64,000 nucleotides of DNA, from assembly GCA_963845535.1 (NCBI GenBank), contig CAWJSK010000012.1, positions 800,001-864,000 of the forward strand, given 5' to 3'. The DNA is from an uncultured Spirochaetota bacterium. Its GTDB lineage: Bacteria > Spirochaetota > Spirochaetia > SZUA-6 > Fen-1364. The notes under the pieces are model-generated. The model did not search any database and was not told the DNA's origin. It saw nothing but the letters and a program-made list of their open reading frames with translations. This document shows, in pieces, positions 34,577 to 44,695 of this stretch. Numbering within the stretch: the stretch's first letter is position 1; every line of letters begins with the position of its first letter. A program made the translations under genes and the position numbers.

Positions 34577-35175
34577 GATTTCTCCTTGAACCGGATGACA
34601 AGGTTGTCCGGCATGTACTGCCCGGGCCAGAGGGGCTTCACTTTCGTCTTCTCTATCGACAACCCGACGGAGACTCCCGTGTCCCCCGTGACGGTAACGT
34701 CATCCGCGTGCATCAAGTCGAAGGCGACGAAGTACGTGTCATCATAGACGGTGACCCGCACCGCTTGTTCGTCCGCCGTGACAGGGACGTCGAGCGGGAC
34801 GAAGAACGAATAGACCAGCTTGCCGCCCTCCACGACGCTGGGGCTGAACTGCTCGATTCGGATCTTCTTCAGCCGTTTTTCCCCGACAAAGAACGCAAGG
34901 AAGTAGTGGTAGTTCTCCAGGTTGTCGAACGCGCCCGCCTTGATGGTTGCGGTCTGTTTTGCGCTGAAGTTCCCGTCAGCGTTCGGCTTGAAGTCCGTGA
35001 GGATCATTTCAGAAAACATGTCGTCGAACGCCCAGCGGAAGGTCATCCCTTTCAGCACTCCGTCGCCGAAGAGCACCGTCATCTTGTTGTTGATGAATAC
35101 ATGGGGATGGGCAAACGCGGCAAGCGCCGCAACCAGCCCGAAGAGGGCCAGGAGTGCAGGCACGCGCGCTTTCAT
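34573..35175 (-). CDS. DUF1007 family periplasmic protein
   Basis: Signal peptide then HPHVFI; W.FDDMFS; YDDTYFVAF; typical partner of RcnA-like genes. Confidence 0.9.
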   Translation of the reverse strand: MKARVPALLALFGLVAALAAFAHPHVFINNKMTVLFGDGVLKGMTFRWAFDDMFSEMILTDFKPNADGNFSAKQTATIKAGAFDNLENYHYFLAFFVGEKRLKKIRIEQFSPSVVEGGKLVYSFFVPLDVPVTADEQAVRVTVYDDTYFVAFDLMHADDVTVTGDTGVSVGLSIEKTKVKPLWPGQYMPDNLVIRFKEKS

Positions 35176-36053
35176 CCCGACGCCCTCGCGGCGCGCAGCG
35201 GCTCCACGGTCCGGCCCGCGTGGATGCCGAACCGGGAGTAAAGAAAGGCGTCAAGCCGGTGAGCCGCTTCCAGCATCGGACTCACGGGTACGCGGGCACT
35301 CGCGCCCCCGAACCTCTTTATCACACGCTCGAAGTACTCAGGCGCGTATCGGATGGGCTGTTGCATCAGGTACGCCTGAAACTCGTTGACGCAGAGGTAG
35401 TGGTAGTCCGCGTCGTAGCCCAACTCGTCGAGAAACCTCCGAAAAAAGGCCTTCGTCCCCGGCGTCAGAGAGTCCCAGAGCTGAAAGCAGAAATCCCGGT
35501 AGGCGGGGGAGGCGAAAAAAATGCCGTGAAAAGATTCATGAGTGAGAAGCAGACGGCGTTCGATTTCAGAGGAAGACCGGGAAATCGACAGAATGCCTCC
35601 CTTCCCGGGCTCGTAGCGGTCACGCACCAACGCCAGGATGCCATGGTCCAGGGCGATGTCCCTGAGGGTGATTTCCTCGGGGTTCAGAGTGAACCCGGTC
35701 AATTCTGCGGCGTTGAAAAACGACGCCACCCCCTCAGGCCCGTAGTCGTGGGCGTTCCAGCCATGCAGGCTCTCGAGGGCCTGGTTGTCCAGGAGGCGGC
35801 CTCGGAAGCCGCGCTTTTCCAGGAAGAATGCGAGCCGGGAGAACATCCGGTCCTGAAAACCGTAGTCCGGGGTATCAATAACGAGTATCGAGGGGAATCT
35901 ATCCCACCGGTAGAGGTTGAAACCGGCCGCATCCTGGCCTGCGGCGGGCGACATCAGTATGGCCTGCAAGGAAGCCGAGGCCGGATCTGCCGCAACCCGT
36001 GCAGGCGAAACAAAAAACGGAACGAAGGCGAGAAACAGAAGCAAGAAGCGCAT
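35172..36053 (-). CDS. Secreted hypothetical protein with HExxH motif
   Basis: Signal peptide; RLAFFLEK.GFRG, HGWNAHDY, THESFHG, NEFQAY; stop overlaps the DUF1007 start. Confidence 0.75.
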   Translation of the reverse strand: MRFLLLFLAFVPFFVSPARVAADPASASLQAILMSPAAGQDAAGFNLYRWDRFPSILVIDTPDYGFQDRMFSRLAFFLEKRGFRGRLLDNQALESLHGWNAHDYGPEGVASFFNAAELTGFTLNPEEITLRDIALDHGILALVRDRYEPGKGGILSISRSSSEIERRLLLTHESFHGIFFASPAYRDFCFQLWDSLTPGTKAFFRRFLDELGYDADYHYLCVNEFQAYLMQQPIRYAPEYFERVIKRFGGASARVPVSPMLEAAHRLDAFLYSRFGIHAGRTVEPLRAARASG

Positions 36054-36187
36054 CTACGTAGTCAGTATCGTCATAAAAATGCGCCCGTTCAACCCTGCGG
36101 CGTTTGATGTGCAGCGTTTTGACGTGTTTGGCCCACGGCATTTGATTTCAGGGCTCCGCCGACTATGATATCGTGTAAGGAACAATC

Positions 36188-37759
36188 ATGAGAAACACGC
36201 TTCGACAGACGATCATGGGACGCTACAAGAACGCGGGGATAGACGTTCAGCAGCGCGTCATGCTGTTGTGCTATTTCCTCCTGGTGGCGGTGGTCCTTGT
36301 CAGCGGGCTCATCGTCATGAACAGCGTGCTGGCCAAGGATGCCGGGGTTGTCACCATAACGATCGTCCTTGCGGGCATCATGATCTGCGCGCTCATCGCG
36401 CTCGTCCTCACGGTGAGGGGCCGGTATTTCGCGGGGGCTGACATCACCGCGCTTGTCGCCGCGCTGGGTGTTTCATCTTTGGCCCTGCTCCAGGCCCCCC
36501 GGGATCCGACGTTCATCACGAACTTTTACTATTTCCCCATGGTCATACTCCTCAGCGCGCTTTTCTGCCGGCTGCGGTGGACACTTTTCGTCACGCTGGT
36601 CCTCGGAGCCGCGGCGGCCGGAGGGTATTTCCTTTCCGGCGGCGTCACCCTGGCCGGAGATTTCAGGCATTTCGTCGATGAATCCATGATGGACTTCGGC
36701 TTCTCCATAGTTTTCGTTTTCGTCCTGTCATTCCTCATCATCAGGGTGAACGCCCGTGTGACCGCGCAGGCAGTGGCGGAAGGGGAAAAAAACCGCAGGC
36801 ACTATGCGCAGCTCCAGGATGCGTTCGCCACGCTGCGGGCTACCTCCGCGGAGCTTGCCCAGGCCTCGGAGACAATGTCGAGAAGCCTCGCAACCTTCGC
36901 GGAAGACACTCAGTCAGAGGCGGCCTCGGCGGAGGAGGTTTCTGCCACCATCGAGGAGATGTCCGGCGGGATCGAGACCATCGCAGGCAGCGCAAGTGAC
37001 CAGAACACGAAGGTGGGGAGCCTCGTCAAGAGCATCGAGGAGCTGTCAGCGGGAATAGCCTCCATCACGAGCGAAACGGCCGAGGCGGCGCGGCTGTCCG
37101 AGGAGATCCTTGCCCGCGCGCGCGGCGGGGAGGAATCCCTTGGGGCAATCAACGGCCGCATGTCGCGCATCGTCGAGCGCTCGGAGAGCCTGGATGGGAT
37201 CATCGGTATCATCCGCGGAATCTCCGACCAGACGAACCTCCTGGCTCTCAACGCCTCCATAGAGGCCGCGCGCGCGGGTGAAGCTGGGCGGGGCTTCGCC
37301 GTGGTGGCTGCCGAGGTCTCGAAGCTCGCCGAGCAGACCGCGGAGAGCCTGAAGCAGATCGATTCCATCGTGAAAGGCAACACGACGGAGATCCACGGAG
37401 GAAGGGAACAGATCGTCGGTGTCGTAGCGGTGATGCAGGAGGTGGTTGCCGGCGTGTCGCGCATGGGGGCCTTCGTGACGGACTTCGCGGGCGTGGCAAG
37501 CCGGCAGGCGGAAACGAACGCTTCGGTGGGCCGCGAGTCGAGGGCCGTCATGGAAATCTCCGGCTCCATTGACCGCGCGTTGGCGGAGCAGCGGGCGGCC
37601 GCCGCGGAAATCGCAAAATCCATCGCCCTGATCACGGAGCGCATCCAGTCCAGCAATGACGCAGCCGCGGCCATCGCGTCGCGCTCATCGAGCATTGTCG
37701 ACATGGCTGAAGGTCTCAGAGGAAAAGCCGAAAGCGGCGTCGACAAACAGTTGACGTAG
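36188..37759 (+). CDS. Methyl-accepting chemotaxis protein with a multi-TM N-terminal sensor
   Basis: [36 protein letters not shown]; about 6 hydrophobic segments at the N-terminus. Confidence 0.95.
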   Translation: MRNTLRQTIMGRYKNAGIDVQQRVMLLCYFLLVAVVLVSGLIVMNSVLAKDAGVVTITIVLAGIMICALIALVLTVRGRYFAGADITALVAALGVSSLALLQAPRDPTFITNFYYFPMVILLSALFCRLRWTLFVTLVLGAAAAGGYFLSGGVTLAGDFRHFVDESMMDFGFSIVFVFVLSFLIIRVNARVTAQAVAEGEKNRRHYAQLQDAFATLRATSAELAQASETMSRSLATFAEDTQSEAASAEEVSATIEEMSGGIETIAGSASDQNTKVGSLVKSIEELSAGIASITSETAEAARLSEEILARARGGEESLGAINGRMSRIVERSESLDGIIGIIRGISDQTNLLALNASIEAARAGEAGRGFAVVAAEVSKLAEQTAESLKQIDSIVKGNTTEIHGGREQIVGVVAVMQEVVAGVSRMGAFVTDFAGVASRQAETNASVGRESRAVMEISGSIDRALAEQRAAAAEIAKSIALITERIQSSNDAAAAIASRSSSIVDMAEGLRGKAESGVDKQLT

Positions 37760-37778
37760 GCGTTGTTATCTTCTCTTC

Positions 37779-38576
37779 ATGGACCTTGCATTCCGGGATC
37801 TTGGCGGCCAGGGGCCGCCCATAGTTTTCCTCCACGGGCTGTTCGGCTCGTCCCAGAACTGGGTCGGAATGGGGCGCCGGCTCCTGGACATGGGCCGGAT
37901 CATGCTCGTCGATCTGCGCAATCACGGGGACTCCCCGCACGCGGCGGAACACTCCCTTGCTGCGTGCGTGCAGGACGTTGCGGAATGGGCCGGGCTCCAC
38001 GCCCCAGGGCGGTTGCGGCTGGCGGGGCATTCCATGGGGGGGCTTGTGGCCATGGGGTTCGCCATCGCCCACCAGGATCTCACCGCGGCGGTCGTCTCCC
38101 TGGACATTGCGCCGCGCGCTTATGCGCCGGAGCACGAGGCCGAGCTTCGGGCCTTTCACGCTGACATCAGCCGGTGCCGCTCACGAGCGGAGCTTGATGA
38201 CCTCCTCATGCCCATCCTCCCAGACGCCGGCGTGCGTCAGTTCATCCTCACCAACGCGGTGAGAGAAGGCGAGGGATTCCGCTGGCGGTTGAACGTGCCG
38301 GCGCTCGAGGCGTCCACCGTGAGCGCGGATTTTGCGAACGTCACGGGGACCTACGAGGGACCGTCGCTCCTCGTCGCGGGCGGAAGGTCACCGTATGTCA
38401 CCGAGGCCGATCTCTCTGTCATGCGCCGCCGTTTCCCGGCTGCTGCCATCAAAACCATCCCTGAGGCCAACCACTGGCTCCACGTGAGCGCCCCCGACGC
38501 GCTCGTGGAGACCCTGCGGGGGTTCCTCCGGGACATCGCATCGGATGCAATAATCGGACGGGTTTCCCGTCTTTGA
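37779..38576 (+). CDS. Alpha/beta hydrolase (YbfF-like esterase)
   Basis: LHGLFGS..NW, DLRNHG.S, GHSMGG, DIAP, HWLH. Confidence 0.92.
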   Translation: MDLAFRDLGGQGPPIVFLHGLFGSSQNWVGMGRRLLDMGRIMLVDLRNHGDSPHAAEHSLAACVQDVAEWAGLHAPGRLRLAGHSMGGLVAMGFAIAHQDLTAAVVSLDIAPRAYAPEHEAELRAFHADISRCRSRAELDDLLMPILPDAGVRQFILTNAVREGEGFRWRLNVPALEASTVSADFANVTGTYEGPSLLVAGGRSPYVTEADLSVMRRRFPAAAIKTIPEANHWLHVSAPDALVETLRGFLRDIASDAIIGRVSRL

Positions 38577-38580
38577 TGGC

Positions 38581-39093
38581 ATGAGCGCGGATACGCAAAA
38601 GACGCGAATCGCGGACTTCATCGCAACCGAGTGGCACAAGCTCGTCGGTTTCGCGCGCTCATGGATCGAGGACAGCGCGGACCGGGACGCGGAGGACATC
38701 GTGCAGGACGTCGTGGTCGGCCTTTTCGAAAAAGCCGACGTGACGGCTCCCATTGCCGACCTGGCCGCGTACGTGTATCGCTCCCTCAGGAACCGCATCG
38801 TGGACGCCTACCGCGCGGCCCCGCGCAAGGCCGTGGCCTTGACCGAACCGGTGCTGGACGAGCGCTACGAGGCATCCCTTGCGGCTGAGTGGAAAGAGAA
38901 CCGGGAGAAGCTTTTCGAGGCCATCGACTCGCTGGCTCCCGTGCAGAAGTCCGTGCTGGTGGCAACCGAGCTGGAGGGGAGAAGCTTCCGGGAGCTCTCG
39001 GAAGAATGGGACATCCCCATCGGAACCCTCCTGGCCCGTAAACACCGCGCGATCCATGCGTTGCGAAAAGCGCTCGAAGGAGAAACCGTATGA
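38581..39093 (+). CDS. ECF-type RNA polymerase sigma factor
   Basis: DAEDIVQDV region 2; ELEGRSFRELSEEWDIPIGTLLARKHRA region 4. Confidence 0.92.
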   Translation: MSADTQKTRIADFIATEWHKLVGFARSWIEDSADRDAEDIVQDVVVGLFEKADVTAPIADLAAYVYRSLRNRIVDAYRAAPRKAVALTEPVLDERYEASLAAEWKENREKLFEAIDSLAPVQKSVLVATELEGRSFRELSEEWDIPIGTLLARKHRAIHALRKALEGETV

Positions 39094-39602
39094 CGGAAGA
39101 GCAAAAAAGGGAGACATGGCATGGGCACTGGCACGGCCGCCCTGGCCTGCGCGGCCTTCGCATCGCAGGGATGGTTCTTGCCGGAGTGGTCTTTGCCGCT
39201 GTCTTCGCGCTGATCTTCGGGTGGCTGGTGATGGTCCTGTGGAACTGGATCATGCCCGCAATCTTCCACCTCGGAGAGATCAACTACTGGCAGGGCTTCG
39301 GGATCCTGCTCCTGGCGAAGATCATCTTCGGCGCCATGGGCAGTCGGGGACCGGGTGGACGGGGTCCCTTTCACGGCAACCCGTGGGGAGGAAACCCGTT
39401 CCGCAGGGAGTTCGGGCACCGCGGGGACTGGCATGACGACAAGGAGTGGTGGCGCTATGCCCATGACTTCTGGCACGAAGAAGGCCAGGAAGCATTCCAG
39501 CGCTTTGTTGACCGGAAGAAAGGGACAAGCGGCTCCGGCGATGCCGGGGGCCCTGGCGGAGGAGGCCCGGCGAGCGGACAGCCCGAATCTGGCCACGCAT
39601 GA
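39090..39602 (+). CDS. Small membrane protein coupled to the ECF sigma
   Basis: VMVLWNWIMPAIF.L.EINYWQGFG...LAKIIFG; ATGA overlap with sigma. Confidence 0.75.
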   Translation: MTEEQKRETWHGHWHGRPGLRGLRIAGMVLAGVVFAAVFALIFGWLVMVLWNWIMPAIFHLGEINYWQGFGILLLAKIIFGAMGSRGPGGRGPFHGNPWGGNPFRREFGHRGDWHDDKEWWRYAHDFWHEEGQEAFQRFVDRKKGTSGSGDAGGPGGGGPASGQPESGHA

Positions 39603-39610
39603 GTCTTCAA

Positions 39611-39630
39611 GGGGCGCCTTCGGGCGCCCC
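39611..39630 (+). terminator. GC hairpin GGGGCGCC-TTCG-GGCGCCCC after the ECF operon
   Basis: 8-bp perfect stem with UUCG tetraloop; no U-tract. Confidence 0.45.
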
Positions 39631-39687
39631 AACCGGGCGCCCCAACCGTTGACAGCCTTCACCCGCGCATCCTATGGTGGCGAGCGC

Positions 39688-40584
39688 ATGAAAAGGGGCT
39701 TCGCTGACGCTCAGGAAAGGCTTGCGGTCTGGATGGGGATCGTCGGAAACGCGGTCCTCTTCGTGGGAAAGATCCTCGTGGGCTTTTCCTTCAACTCGAT
39801 TGCCATCATCTCGGATTCCTTCAATTCATTGACCGACATCGTGGCCTCCGCGATCGTCTTTGTAAGCATCAGGAGCTCGTACGAGGCGCCGGACGAAGAC
39901 CATCCTTTCGGGCACAAGCGGGCGCAGCCTTTGGCGGGGCTCGTCGTGGCAATTCTGACGGGAATCGTCGGCTTCGAAATCATTGCCCAGTCCGTGACGC
40001 GGCTGTTCACGGGAGAGCGAATTCAGAAAGGGATTCTCCCCATTGTCGTTCTCGCGTGCGTCCTCGTCATAAAGCTTGGAATGCACCTGTACGCCCGAAT
40101 CACCGCCGCGCGGACGGGAAGCACTGCGCTTATGGCGTCAGCCACGGATCACAGGAACGACGTTCTCATCTCGGCGGCGGTCATCCTGGGGGTCGGCGCG
40201 TCCAACATGGGGTTTGCCATTTTTGATCCCATCGCGGCCATCCTCGTCGGGCTGTGGATCATCCGCGCGGGGTTCGGGATCGGCAGGTCCAACATCAAGT
40301 ATCTCATGGGTGAAGCCCCTCCCGCCGCCCTTCTGGAGACCATCAAGGCGCGCGCGTGCGCCGTGCCGGGAGTCCTCGCCCTGCACGACGTGTCCGCGCA
40401 TTACGTGGGCACGACAATCGAGGTGGCCCTCCACGTGGACGTGGACAGGCGTCTCTCCGTGGTGGAAGCCCACGACATCAGTGAGAAGGTGCAGGGGGAG
40501 ATCGAACGGGTGGAGGAAGTTTCACGGGCCTTCATCCACATCGACCCGTCTCCGCCATCCCTGGCTATGCCTCGGCCGAGCTGA
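39688..40584 (+). CDS. Cation diffusion facilitator (FieF-like)
   Basis: SIAIISDSFNSLTD, PDEDHPFGH, DHRND, AHDISEKV, FIHIDP; upstream TTGACA at 39649. Confidence 0.92.
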   Translation: MKRGFADAQERLAVWMGIVGNAVLFVGKILVGFSFNSIAIISDSFNSLTDIVASAIVFVSIRSSYEAPDEDHPFGHKRAQPLAGLVVAILTGIVGFEIIAQSVTRLFTGERIQKGILPIVVLACVLVIKLGMHLYARITAARTGSTALMASATDHRNDVLISAAVILGVGASNMGFAIFDPIAAILVGLWIIRAGFGIGRSNIKYLMGEAPPAALLETIKARACAVPGVLALHDVSAHYVGTTIEVALHVDVDRRLSVVEAHDISEKVQGEIERVEEVSRAFIHIDPSPPSLAMPRPS

Positions 40585-41197
40585 CCAGATGGACGCCCGC
40601 GGCCGTCATTTCCGCGAGCGCTTTCTCCACGCTTCCCGTGGGGAAACCCACGCCGCGGCAGGCGTCGCGAACCACGAAGACCTCGAACCCGAGCCGGCGG
40701 GCATCCAGGGCGGAAGAGCGCACGCAGTAGTCAGTGGCCAGCCCGCAGAGGAAAATCTCCCGGGCTCCAAGCCCGGAGAGATAGTAGCGCAGGCCGGTGT
40801 CGGTCACGTGATCGTTCTCGAAGAACGCCGAGTAGGAATCCAGCCGGCGTCGCAAACCCTTTCGCAGAACCAGCTCGATCCTTCCAACTTCCAGGCGTGG
40901 GAAGAGCTCCGCGCCCCGTGTCCCCTGGACGCAGTGGTCGGGCCAGAGCACCTGCGGGATTCCATCCGCATCCACGATGTCAAGCACTTTCTTTCCGGGA
41001 TGACTTGAAGCAAAGGAGACATGGTCCTTCGGATGCCAGTCCTGTGTCGCCACGACGCGCTCGAAGAGCGGCATGAGGCCGTTGATGACCTCCACCACCT
41101 GGTCCCCTTCCTCCACTGCCAGGCTTCCCCCGGGGCAGAAATCATTTTGCACGTCGACGACAAGGAGCGCGCGGGCATTCTTCTGGCCGGCCATCAT
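40565..41197 (-). CDS. pncA: Nicotinamidase/pyrazinamidase
   Basis: VDVQNDFCPGGSL, TQDWHP..H.SF, WPDHCVQG, DSYSAF, GLATDYCV. Confidence 0.95.
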   Translation of the reverse strand: MMAGQKNARALLVVDVQNDFCPGGSLAVEEGDQVVEVINGLMPLFERVVATQDWHPKDHVSFASSHPGKKVLDIVDADGIPQVLWPDHCVQGTRGAELFPRLEVGRIELVLRKGLRRRLDSYSAFFENDHVTDTGLRYYLSGLGAREIFLCGLATDYCVRSSALDARRLGFEVFVVRDACRGVGFPTGSVEKALAEMTAAGVHLVSSAEA

Positions 41198-41322
41198 GTG
41201 CCTCCCGGCGCGAGTGTATATCGTCTCTTCGTCCTAGCGCCAGGGGGAAAGGTTTTGCGGATCCTGGTTGGGCTTTGCGAATCCCGGCATTCATAGAGTA
41301 CATTGAAACGTGAGGTGGAGCA

Positions 41323-41691
41323 ATGAAGTCCTGCAGGTTCCTGCTCGATGACGGCCTCCAGGGAGCCGCGTCGTGCCTGTCCGTGGCCCTGGGTTGCAGC
41401 GTAACGGTTGTGGATTCCCGGCCCGCATGGGCGCGGCAGCGCAAGCGCATGGTCCAGGTCGACATGCCGGCCTTGTTCTATAAGACGCTGGAGAGTTTTG
41501 CGTCGCTTCAAGGCGCCTCGGTAGAGACGCTCCTGCGCTCCTGGATCGAGGAGCATGCCCGGCCAACGGTGACCGAGGAGGGGAAAAGGATCCGCGAGCG
41601 CTGCCGCCTCCTGAGGGAATGGCAGGGTCTGGGGTTCGCGGGAAAGGAGCCTGACCTGAGGTATTTCGCCGGGAGGCTCGCTGACGCGTAG
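41323..41691 (+). CDS. Small hypothetical protein; C-terminal half may be a ribbon-helix-helix-like DNA-binding domain
   Basis: GGAG RBS before ATG 41323; MVQVDMPALFYKTLESFASLQGASVETLLRSWIEE pattern; fills an intergenic gap. Confidence 0.45.
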   Translation: MKSCRFLLDDGLQGAASCLSVALGCSVTVVDSRPAWARQRKRMVQVDMPALFYKTLESFASLQGASVETLLRSWIEEHARPTVTEEGKRIRERCRLLREWQGLGFAGKEPDLRYFAGRLADA

Positions 41692-41727
41692 CCGGCAGGT
41701 TGGCGGCCGGGCGGCGAGCGCTTCCCG

Positions 41728-43563
41728 TCAACTCTCAGGTGTTTCGACGTAGTTCCTCAGGTGCACCATGACCGGCTCATCGCCGTAGTAGCCGTAAAGG
41801 CTCTTCATGGTCCTGCCTTTCAGCTCGCACAGGCTCACGCTCCCGTGCACCTGCACTCCCTTACCGGTCCTTGGGCTCTGGCCCTCTGGGCCGTAGAAAT
41901 CCGGGAATCGCCCGTCGGGCCTCAGAAAAGTGATAAGGTCCCACGCTGCCTCCTCGGTGATGCCGGACGGGGCGGCGTCAATGGCGTCAAGGATCTCACG
42001 AGTCAGCTCATCGTATCGCCACTGAATCTCGTTCACCTCCCCGCCGGTGAGGAGAGCGGTCCATTCGTTCATGCTCGTAAGGCGGATCTCTGGTGAGATG
42101 GCGTGGTTGGTGGCGACGAGCACATCGGGCCTGCTCTCTCTCTGCGGAGCGAAATAGAACGGGCCAGGGCAGTTCTTCTCCCGCCACGTTCGATTGATGT
42201 ACCCGCGCTCGGCAAGGTCCACGCTGGCGAAGTCAGCGTTTTCGTGCAAGGACTTGACGTCCTTGTTCAACAACGACCACAGGGAACCGACCCGTCCTTT
42301 GGCCAGATCGATGATCGTCCCGACGAGGTCTCCGAGGAAATCGACAATCCGCACGAACCAATCCCCGTCGAATGCCCGCCACAAGCGTTCGTCCCACCGC
42401 GTGATGTACTCTTCAGGGAGGCGGTATCCGGTGCTCCGCGTGACCACTCCCTTGACGGGGCGAGGCGTCCCGTGCTTGCGGCGCATCCGCCGGATGAACC
42501 CAAGGGAAGGGAGGCGGCGCCGATAGTGCCAGGGGACCCACGTGAAATAGGGAAACCGTTCACCAGGGTTGAGCTTGCGGCCGGCTTCCACGATAAACCC
42601 CTTTCCCTCGGCGTCGGCAACCGGATACAGCCAGCTGACGCCGCGTTGCGCCTCGGTGATCCGCTCCACCGCCCGCGGGGCGCTGCCGCAGTACTGGATG
42701 CAGTCCCGCACCAGGGGAAGCGAGTTGAACCCCGGCCGCGAAGGGGAGCAGAACCTGCTGGGGAGCATGTTGACGCCCATGGCCACCCCGGCGGCGTTCA
42801 GCCCGGTAATGGAGCCAATGATCCCCGGAGCCGTCTGGCTGACAAACGCCTCGCGTTTCCTGCCCGCCCGAGCAGACGGCCTGTACACGATGAGACAGGC
42901 TGTCTCCTGGAACACGTTCGCGGTCGGGAACATGAAGTCCCGGCCGAACAGGCATGCGCCGCCCGCCGCGGCGCCGGTGAGGAAGAAGGCGTTGCACCCG
43001 ATCGGCGTGCGCAGCATCTGCGGCCTGACCCCTTTGCGGGCGAAAATCGACCCGGAATAGACGTGGGCCAGCACGGCGTCGATTCCGAAGTTGAGGGTGA
43101 TGAGTTGATCTCGGGTCGGCGGCGCGCCGCCTGCTTCCTGGCAACCCTCGATGATGCCCTGGATCTCCTCGAGGTATTCGGCGGGAATGTCAGGAAGAAG
43201 CTTTCGGGCAACCCCCTCCGCGGCATGGACCACGAGCCCCAGGAGGCTTGGAGAGATGCTGCGCTCAGGGCCGCCATGGCTTTCGAAAAAAGAAAAGATC
43301 ACATTCTGAAGGAACTCGTTCGTCATCCTCGAGATTTCCTCCCGGGCAAGAAGGCCGAGAAGGAATCCCATCTGATAGTTGTCTCCCTCGACATAATAGG
43401 CGCGCTTCGGCTGCCCGGAGGTTCCCGTGCGCGCATGCGTATGCTCGGCGCGCAGACCAAGGAAGCCGTCTTTTTCGACCACGCGCTTCACGGTGAAGCC
43501 GTCCATCGCAAAAGCGGCCCGTATCCTTTCCTGCTTCCCCGCCTGTGGCTCACCCTGCTGCAC
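41728..43563 (-). CDS. C45 family autoproteolytic acyltransferase/Ntn hydrolase
   Basis: IPAEYLEEIQGI, GCNAF nucleophile Cys, GRDFMF, G.ITGLNAAGVAMG, VATNH; GTG start. Confidence 0.8.
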   Translation of the reverse strand: MQQGEPQAGKQERIRAAFAMDGFTVKRVVEKDGFLGLRAEHTHARTGTSGQPKRAYYVEGDNYQMGFLLGLLAREEISRMTNEFLQNVIFSFFESHGGPERSISPSLLGLVVHAAEGVARKLLPDIPAEYLEEIQGIIEGCQEAGGAPPTRDQLITLNFGIDAVLAHVYSGSIFARKGVRPQMLRTPIGCNAFFLTGAAAGGACLFGRDFMFPTANVFQETACLIVYRPSARAGRKREAFVSQTAPGIIGSITGLNAAGVAMGVNMLPSRFCSPSRPGFNSLPLVRDCIQYCGSAPRAVERITEAQRGVSWLYPVADAEGKGFIVEAGRKLNPGERFPYFTWVPWHYRRRLPSLGFIRRMRRKHGTPRPVKGVVTRSTGYRLPEEYITRWDERLWRAFDGDWFVRIVDFLGDLVGTIIDLAKGRVGSLWSLLNKDVKSLHENADFASVDLAERGYINRTWREKNCPGPFYFAPQRESRPDVLVATNHAISPEIRLTSMNEWTALLTGGEVNEIQWRYDELTREILDAIDAAPSGITEEAAWDLITFLRPDGRFPDFYGPEGQSPRTGKGVQVHGSVSLCELKGRTMKSLYGYYGDEPVMVHLRNYVETPES

Positions 43564-43648
43564 GCCGAGCCCCCTTTTTCAAGTGCATTCAAGAAAGTGT
43601 AGAATGCGCTGAGGCCGGCAGGCAAGTCAGGAAAGGCAGGATGATCAC

Positions 43649-44662
43649 ATGACGAAGTCTGGAACGAGGACCCGTCCCTACAAGGCGCTCGTCGTGAGCC
43701 AGCGGCCGGACGGCACCTTCGCCCGGGAAATCCTCACGCGGGACGCCTCCGAGCTTCCCCCGGGAGACCTCCTCATCCGCGTGTCCTGGAGCTCCCTCAA
43801 TTACAAGGACGCGCTTGCCGCCGTGGGACGGCGCGGCGTTGCAAAGGGATATCCGCTCACTCCGGGGGTCGACGCAGCGGGCGTGGTGGAGGAGAGCTCG
43901 TCCGGTAGTTGCGCGCCGGGAGATACCGTCATGGTCTGCGGCCGGGAGCTCGGCATAAGCGTGCCGGGCGGATTCGGCCAGTACATCAGGGTCCCGGCGG
44001 CGTGGGCCCTGAAACCGCCCGCTGGGATGACGCTCCGCGAATGCATGGTCATTGGGACCGCGGGCTTCACGGCAGCTCTTTCGGTCAAGGCGCTCCGGGA
44101 GCATGGCCTGTCTGGCGGAGAGGTGCTCGTCACCGGCGCCACCGGAGGAGTGGGAAGCTTTGCCGTTGCCATCCTTTCGAAGCTCGGCCACACGGTTGCC
44201 GCCGGCACCGGCAAGCCGGATCAGGAACGCTTCCTCGCCTCACTCGGCGCCAAAGAGATCATCCCGCGAGCTCAACTTGAGGACGACTCGGGCAAGGCTC
44301 TCCTCAGGGAAAGATGGGCAGGCGTTGTCGATACGGTGGGCGGACGCATCCTCTCCACGGCAATCAGGTCCACGGTGTACGGCGGCTCGGTGGCAGCGTG
44401 CGGGAATGCGGCTTCTCCTGACCTTCCCCTCACGGTTTTCCCGTTCATCCTTCGAGGCGTTCGGCTGCTCGGCATCGACTCCGCTCAATGCCCGGCGGCG
44501 GTGAGACAGGAGGTGTGGGAGAGACTGGCCGGCTCGTGGAAACCAGCGCATCTGGATGCCATGGCATCCGAATGCTCACTGGAGGAGCTGAACGCCAGGG
44601 TCGATCAGATCCTGCAAGGTCGAATCACGGGGCGGGTGGTCGTAAACCTCGAAGCGCGCTGA
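43649..44662 (+). CDS. YhdH/YhfP (AcuI-like) quinone/acryloyl-CoA reductase
   Basis: SSLNYKDALA, PGVDAAG, GTAGFTAAL, VTGATGGVGS, PFILRGV.LLGIDS. Confidence 0.92.
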   Translation: MTKSGTRTRPYKALVVSQRPDGTFAREILTRDASELPPGDLLIRVSWSSLNYKDALAAVGRRGVAKGYPLTPGVDAAGVVEESSSGSCAPGDTVMVCGRELGISVPGGFGQYIRVPAAWALKPPAGMTLRECMVIGTAGFTAALSVKALREHGLSGGEVLVTGATGGVGSFAVAILSKLGHTVAAGTGKPDQERFLASLGAKEIIPRAQLEDDSGKALLRERWAGVVDTVGGRILSTAIRSTVYGGSVAACGNAASPDLPLTVFPFILRGVRLLGIDSAQCPAAVRQEVWERLAGSWKPAHLDAMASECSLEELNARVDQILQGRITGRVVVNLEAR

Positions 44663-44695
44663 GGTCTTTGGGGAGGCCGGCGTCTCCCTCCCTCC

